The notes beneath the pieces were generated by a model, which worked only from the letters and a program-made list of their open reading frames with translations, searched no databases and was not told where the DNA came from. Shown here piece by piece: positions 60,335 through 64,000 of a DNA stretch of 64,000 nt. The first letter of the stretch is position 1; the number at the start of each line of letters is the position of its first letter. The position numbers and the translations under genes were made by a program. Origin of the DNA: Candidatus Poseidoniaceae archaeon (GTDB lineage Archaea > Thermoplasmatota > Poseidoniia > Poseidoniales > Poseidoniaceae); the NCBI GenBank assembly GCA_965662895.1, contig CBFIJH010000005.1, positions 32,001 through 96,000 on the forward strand, read 5' to 3'.

Positions 60335-62518
60335 ATGCTGACACCAGCCATGTTGCGGATTTTGCGTTGGTTGGATGACCACCCAACCACGCTCGAATCG
60401 GCTTGGGACGTCCCACGAACCATCTCATTGGAAGGCATCGCCGACGGAATTGGTGTTGTTCGTTCTGCCCTTTTTCAGCCAATGAGCGTACTGGAAGATA
60501 ACGAATTCCTAAAAACCAGACAAGCCCATGTACTTGGATCAGGGCGCAGAAAACGGAAAGTTGTCCACATTACTGAAAAGGGACGCCAACAACTTCGAGA
60601 ACAGGTGGAAAACCTCCCCGAGCGACGTTCAAGAGAATCGTTGAAGTTGAAAGGACAGATTCCTGAATGTACGAATTTGCACGGGCGTCAGTCTGAACTG
60701 GAATTGATGAAAAAATCCCTGGAGCAGAAAAGACCGATTCATCTACGAGGGATGCCGGGAATTGGCAAATCGACGCTCGCTCGTACCATGGTTCAGGAAT
60801 TGGCTGAACGAGGAACAGAAATCCACTGGGCGGTTCTCGACGCCTACTGCGACGTGCATGAGGCGATGCAACGAATGGAGGTCGATTCACCAAGAATTCT
60901 TGAGGTTGAACATTATGCTAACATATTCGAAACCGAGAACGTTGTTCTGGTGTTTGATGATGTGCATACCATTTCTTCAAGACACAAATCATCCTTCCTC
61001 AGCTTCTTTCAAACACTCCTGAACAACAACATCGCCTTCATGTTGATTGGAAGAGATCGAGAAACATTCTCAATCGAAGCAACCGTTGTTGATTTGGGAC
61101 CGTTGGACCAATCCGATGCAATTGAATTACTGGACCCTGAACTCGGCGAGAACAGAGCGTCAATTGTTGAAACATTGGGTGGTCACCCGCTTGCGATTTT
61201 GCTCTACAATGTCTCGACTCCACTTCCAGAGACGGATCAAGACGTTCGAGCCTACGTTGAACAGGTTGTGCTTGAACATGCCTCAACAGAGGTCCATGAT
61301 GCAATGCAACCCTTCCTTGTCTTGCCATTTCCAATCCCTGCAATGCGGATGCCCGAACCTGACCACGTTCCATTGCTCGATGAACACACGCTGTTGCGTT
61401 GGGGCGCACAGAATTCGGCAATGGAGATGCAACATCTCATTCGCAACGTTTGTCGTTCTTCTCTTGAAGAATCTGATATTGATGCTCTCCATCAGTCTGC
61501 TATTTCACACTGGGAGAACGACGACGACGCACTTGCGAAGATTCTTGAATTGCATCATCGGATTCAGAGAGGTGAAACGAATGTTTCAGTGCATTTGTCG
61601 CAACGCGCAAATGAATTGATGAATGCCCATTCGGGTGCTTTCGCAACTCTTTTGGATGAAGCTTTGGTCAATGAAAATGTGAACCTCGAATTGATTGAAC
61701 TTGCCGCACAACATGCATTAAATCGGGCTGAACTTAACACTGCTAAAGAATACATCAAGGAGTTTGATGACCCTCGACTCGCCAACATCCGATTTCAGAT
61801 TGCCCAGTATGAGGGAAAGAACGACGTCGTTCAACACTTGGAATCTTTGACCGATGGAATCGATGATCCGAATCAAAAATTACGTGTTCAACTTTCTGTT
61901 CTCTCTCGCAGCATTGATGACCTTACACCACAGGCGACCGAGGATGACCATCGCCGCATCCATGGACTGCTCGAACGCGTCGATCTTCCTGACAAAGAAG
62001 GCGAACGCCAACGCATTTTGACCACAATTGTCGTCATGCGACATGCGCTTGCCCTTGAACAGAGAGATTTCAATGCTGCAAATTTTCTTCTCGATCAATT
62101 GAAGAATATTGCGTTAACAGACGATCCTCTTCTTCACTATCTTTCAACAAAAACGGAACTGAAAATGTTGGAAAAAGGCTCTGCAGATGCTGCATTTACC
62201 TTGAAGAATGCAGAGCGTATCGCAACACAGTTGAAACATCCGCTGTACAACGTTTCACTTTTCTTACTGCTTTGCGAACATCTTGTTGAAACGCAACCCC
62301 AGCGTGCTCAACTTCTCCATGAACAAATCGATATCCAGGCCATTGAAACAATGACCGCACCATCAGCACGTCGAATCGTTGCGAAATGGTGGGAGGTGAA
62401 GTCGATGGTTGACGAGAAAGGTCGAATTCTTGCACTGCGGGAAGCCATTCTTCGTTATCGTTCAGTAGGATGCCCAAACCGTGCTCGAAGGTTATCCAAG
62501 CGCTTGCACAGCCTGTGA
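60335..62518 (+). CDS. Winged-helix plus STAND (NB-ARC-like) ATPase with helical repeats
   Basis: N-terminal HTH, GRQSEL, GMPGIGKST, VFDDVH, GGHPLA, MQHLIR. Confidence 0.8.
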   Translation: MLTPAMLRILRWLDDHPTTLESAWDVPRTISLEGIADGIGVVRSALFQPMSVLEDNEFLKTRQAHVLGSGRRKRKVVHITEKGRQQLREQVENLPERRSRESLKLKGQIPECTNLHGRQSELELMKKSLEQKRPIHLRGMPGIGKSTLARTMVQELAERGTEIHWAVLDAYCDVHEAMQRMEVDSPRILEVEHYANIFETENVVLVFDDVHTISSRHKSSFLSFFQTLLNNNIAFMLIGRDRETFSIEATVVDLGPLDQSDAIELLDPELGENRASIVETLGGHPLAILLYNVSTPLPETDQDVRAYVEQVVLEHASTEVHDAMQPFLVLPFPIPAMRMPEPDHVPLLDEHTLLRWGAQNSAMEMQHLIRNVCRSSLEESDIDALHQSAISHWENDDDALAKILELHHRIQRGETNVSVHLSQRANELMNAHSGAFATLLDEALVNENVNLELIELAAQHALNRAELNTAKEYIKEFDDPRLANIRFQIAQYEGKNDVVQHLESLTDGIDDPNQKLRVQLSVLSRSIDDLTPQATEDDHRRIHGLLERVDLPDKEGERQRILTTIVVMRHALALEQRDFNAANFLLDQLKNIALTDDPLLHYLSTKTELKMLEKGSADAAFTLKNAERIATQLKHPLYNVSLFLLLCEHLVETQPQRAQLLHEQIDIQAIETMTAPSARRIVAKWWEVKSMVDEKGRILALREAILRYRSVGCPNRARRLSKRLHSL

Positions 62519-62519
62519 A

Positions 62520-62753
62520 TTACAATTCAGCACCAATCATGGTTTTGGTTTCTTGAATACCACTGATCGGACGAATTTCTTCGACAATGCAGCGTGTTAG
62601 CGTGAACTCGTCGTCGGCTTGTACTCGTGCGAGCAAATCGAATTCTCCAAACAGCATCCATTTGTCTGTGACATGCTCGATTCCATCAAGGGCATCTCGC
62701 ACGTCTTTTTCTTGTCCCGGGGAGGTGGTTATCAAAACGAATCCTATCGGCAT
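62520..62753 (-). CDS. Lrp/AsnC ligand-binding domain protein
   Basis: GFVLITT.PGQE, LFGEFDLLARV, I..I.GI..TKT. Confidence 0.88.
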   Translation of the reverse strand: MPIGFVLITTSPGQEKDVRDALDGIEHVTDKWMLFGEFDLLARVQADDEFTLTRCIVEEIRPISGIQETKTMIGAEL

Positions 62754-62762
62754 CTTTTCACC

Positions 62763-62996
62763 TCAGTATTCCACCGCAATTAGCGTTCGCGTGTCCCGAA
62801 TTCCTTCAATGGTTCTGAACTCTTTCATGAGCAGTGCGGTGAGATTTTTTGCTGTGTTGCTGCTCACATGAGCGAGAAGATCGTACTCTCCATACAAGGC
62901 GTGGACTTCTTTGACATCAGCATGGGAGGTTATAGCGAGATAGACATCACGCTCATGGGACGGTTCGGTCTTGACAAGGATGAATGCTTCTGGCAC
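62763..62996 (-). CDS. Lrp/AsnC ligand-binding domain protein
   Basis: AFILVKTEP, LYGEYDLLAHV, IEGIRDTRTLI. Confidence 0.88.
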   Translation of the reverse strand: MPEAFILVKTEPSHERDVYLAITSHADVKEVHALYGEYDLLAHVSSNTAKNLTALLMKEFRTIEGIRDTRTLIAVEY

Positions 62997-63094
62997 AATG
63001 TCCGCTTGAGCAGAAGGGTCTTATCGCTTTGGTTTCGTTTTTCGGTGAACATGCAAAGGGTGCTTTCAAATGGTATCGCTTTGGATTATACAAT

Positions 63095-64000
63095 ATGGAG
63101 AGGCAAAAGCGGTTCTTTGCCCTTGGTTTGTTGCTGCTTCTCCTGATGATGTCCATGGCGCCCATGGTTCAATCCTTTCACGATTCGCAGGGGAAGCCAA
63201 CTGCGGTTTCAGGACGCGCTACGACCACATGGTCCGGTACGGTGACATTGACGAGCGATTATTTTGTGAACGTTCAAGATGAACTGCTGATTACGTCGTG
63301 CACAAGTGTTGTTCTGTCTCCAGGGATCCGAATTTACATCGATGGACGTTTGACCGTTCAGGGAACTCCTACGTGTCCGATTGTTCTGTCAAGTTCTTCG
63401 TCCACAGGCGATCATGAAGGAATACAATTCAATTCCTCGTCGTTTGGTCGTGGTAGTACAGTGAACCACCTTCACATTGAGGATGCGATTTATGGGATTA
63501 CCATGTATGGCTCAAATCCGATTTTGAACAATGTGACCATCTTCAATCCGGACCGTGTTGGCATCGATATGTTTGGAAGCTCAAGCCCAGTCATTCGAGA
63601 CTTGCATGTGGAACAGGCTGGTCGCTCCGTTGGGTTCCAGAATGATTGGCGTTACGGCATTGGATTGTCCGTTGGCGACGGATCAACACCGATTGTTCAA
63701 GGAGCATATTTCACCGACCACCAATTGCGAGGTCTCAACTTGTGGGGCGCATCTGGAGGTATTTATCGGGACATTGTCATGGACAACATATCGGGCTCCG
63801 TTCTTGGAGAGGTGGCGGGAGTATGGGTCGAAGACAGCGTTCCACTGTTCGAAAATTTAACCATCGATAAAAGCGACACGGGCATCATCGTTCGACACAT
63901 TGACGATTCGGGGTATACGCGTGGTGTTTTTAGGGACGTCGACATATCGAACAGTATGTTTCGTGGCGTTTATTTGGACAAAAACAACCACACGAATTAC
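63095..64000 (+). CDS. Secreted right-handed parallel beta-helix protein (3'-truncated; not in ORF track)
   Basis: Frame open from MERQKRFFALGLLLLLL to window end; IDGRLTVQGT, YGITMYGSNPILNNVTI repeats. Confidence 0.8.
   Translation, partial: MERQKRFFALGLLLLLLMMSMAPMVQSFHDSQGKPTAVSGRATTTWSGTVTLTSDYFVNVQDELLITSCTSVVLSPGIRIYIDGRLTVQGTPTCPIVLSSSSSTGDHEGIQFNSSSFGRGSTVNHLHIEDAIYGITMYGSNPILNNVTIFNPDRVGIDMFGSSSPVIRDLHVEQAGRSVGFQNDWRYGIGLSVGDGSTPIVQGAYFTDHQLRGLNLWGASGGIYRDIVMDNISGSVLGEVAGVWVEDSVPLFENLTIDKSDTGIIVRHIDDSGYTRGVFRDVDISNSMFRGVYLDKNNHTNY

Noticed and set aside
60231-60482. N-terminal extension of UvrC overlapping the STAND gene
   Set aside because: GIY-YIG homology begins after the ATG at 60230; the extension comes from taking the longest ORF
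1-64000. tRNA, rRNA, transposase, integrase or provirus
   Set aside because: No cloverleaf or T-loop signatures in the intergenic gaps I read and no mobile-element proteins; checked by eye only, so tRNAscan/Infernal should confirm

Overview
Gene-dense archaeal chromosome segment, most consistent with Marine Group II Thermoplasmata (Ca. Poseidoniales). The evidence is aIF-1A/RIO1/KH, archaeal uS2, Taw1, and many acidic CARDB and TSP3 surface proteins, alongside bacterial-type genes (dus, uvrC, gpmA, gmd, fcl). It holds about 65 CDS covering translation and tRNA modification, beta-oxidation, an AlkB-like enzyme, a MacB/FtsX-type ABC exporter, an accessory stretch of small membrane and secreted proteins (27-40 kb), an aldehyde:ferredoxin oxidoreductase, a glycosylation patch (48-53 kb), uvrC and a STAND ATPase. 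I saw no tRNA, rRNA, CRISPR array or IS element. The most notable observations are: (i) a solo Cas4-like Fe-S nuclease with four transmembrane helices inserted inside it; (ii) an HTH-associated, translationally coupled operon of tiny amphipathic and Gly-rich membrane proteins, two missing from the ORF track, with a candidate operator repeat; (iii) a ThiF/E1-JAB-small protein operon with no ubiquitin-like gene; (iv) an aIF-1A with a eukaryote-like repetitive acidic tail; (v) two unannotated paralogous microproteins beside a GC-rich structured element upstream of taw1; (vi) a recurring TT[GC]AA box 21-25 nt upstream of start codons. All assignments come from motif reading only; no searches were run.
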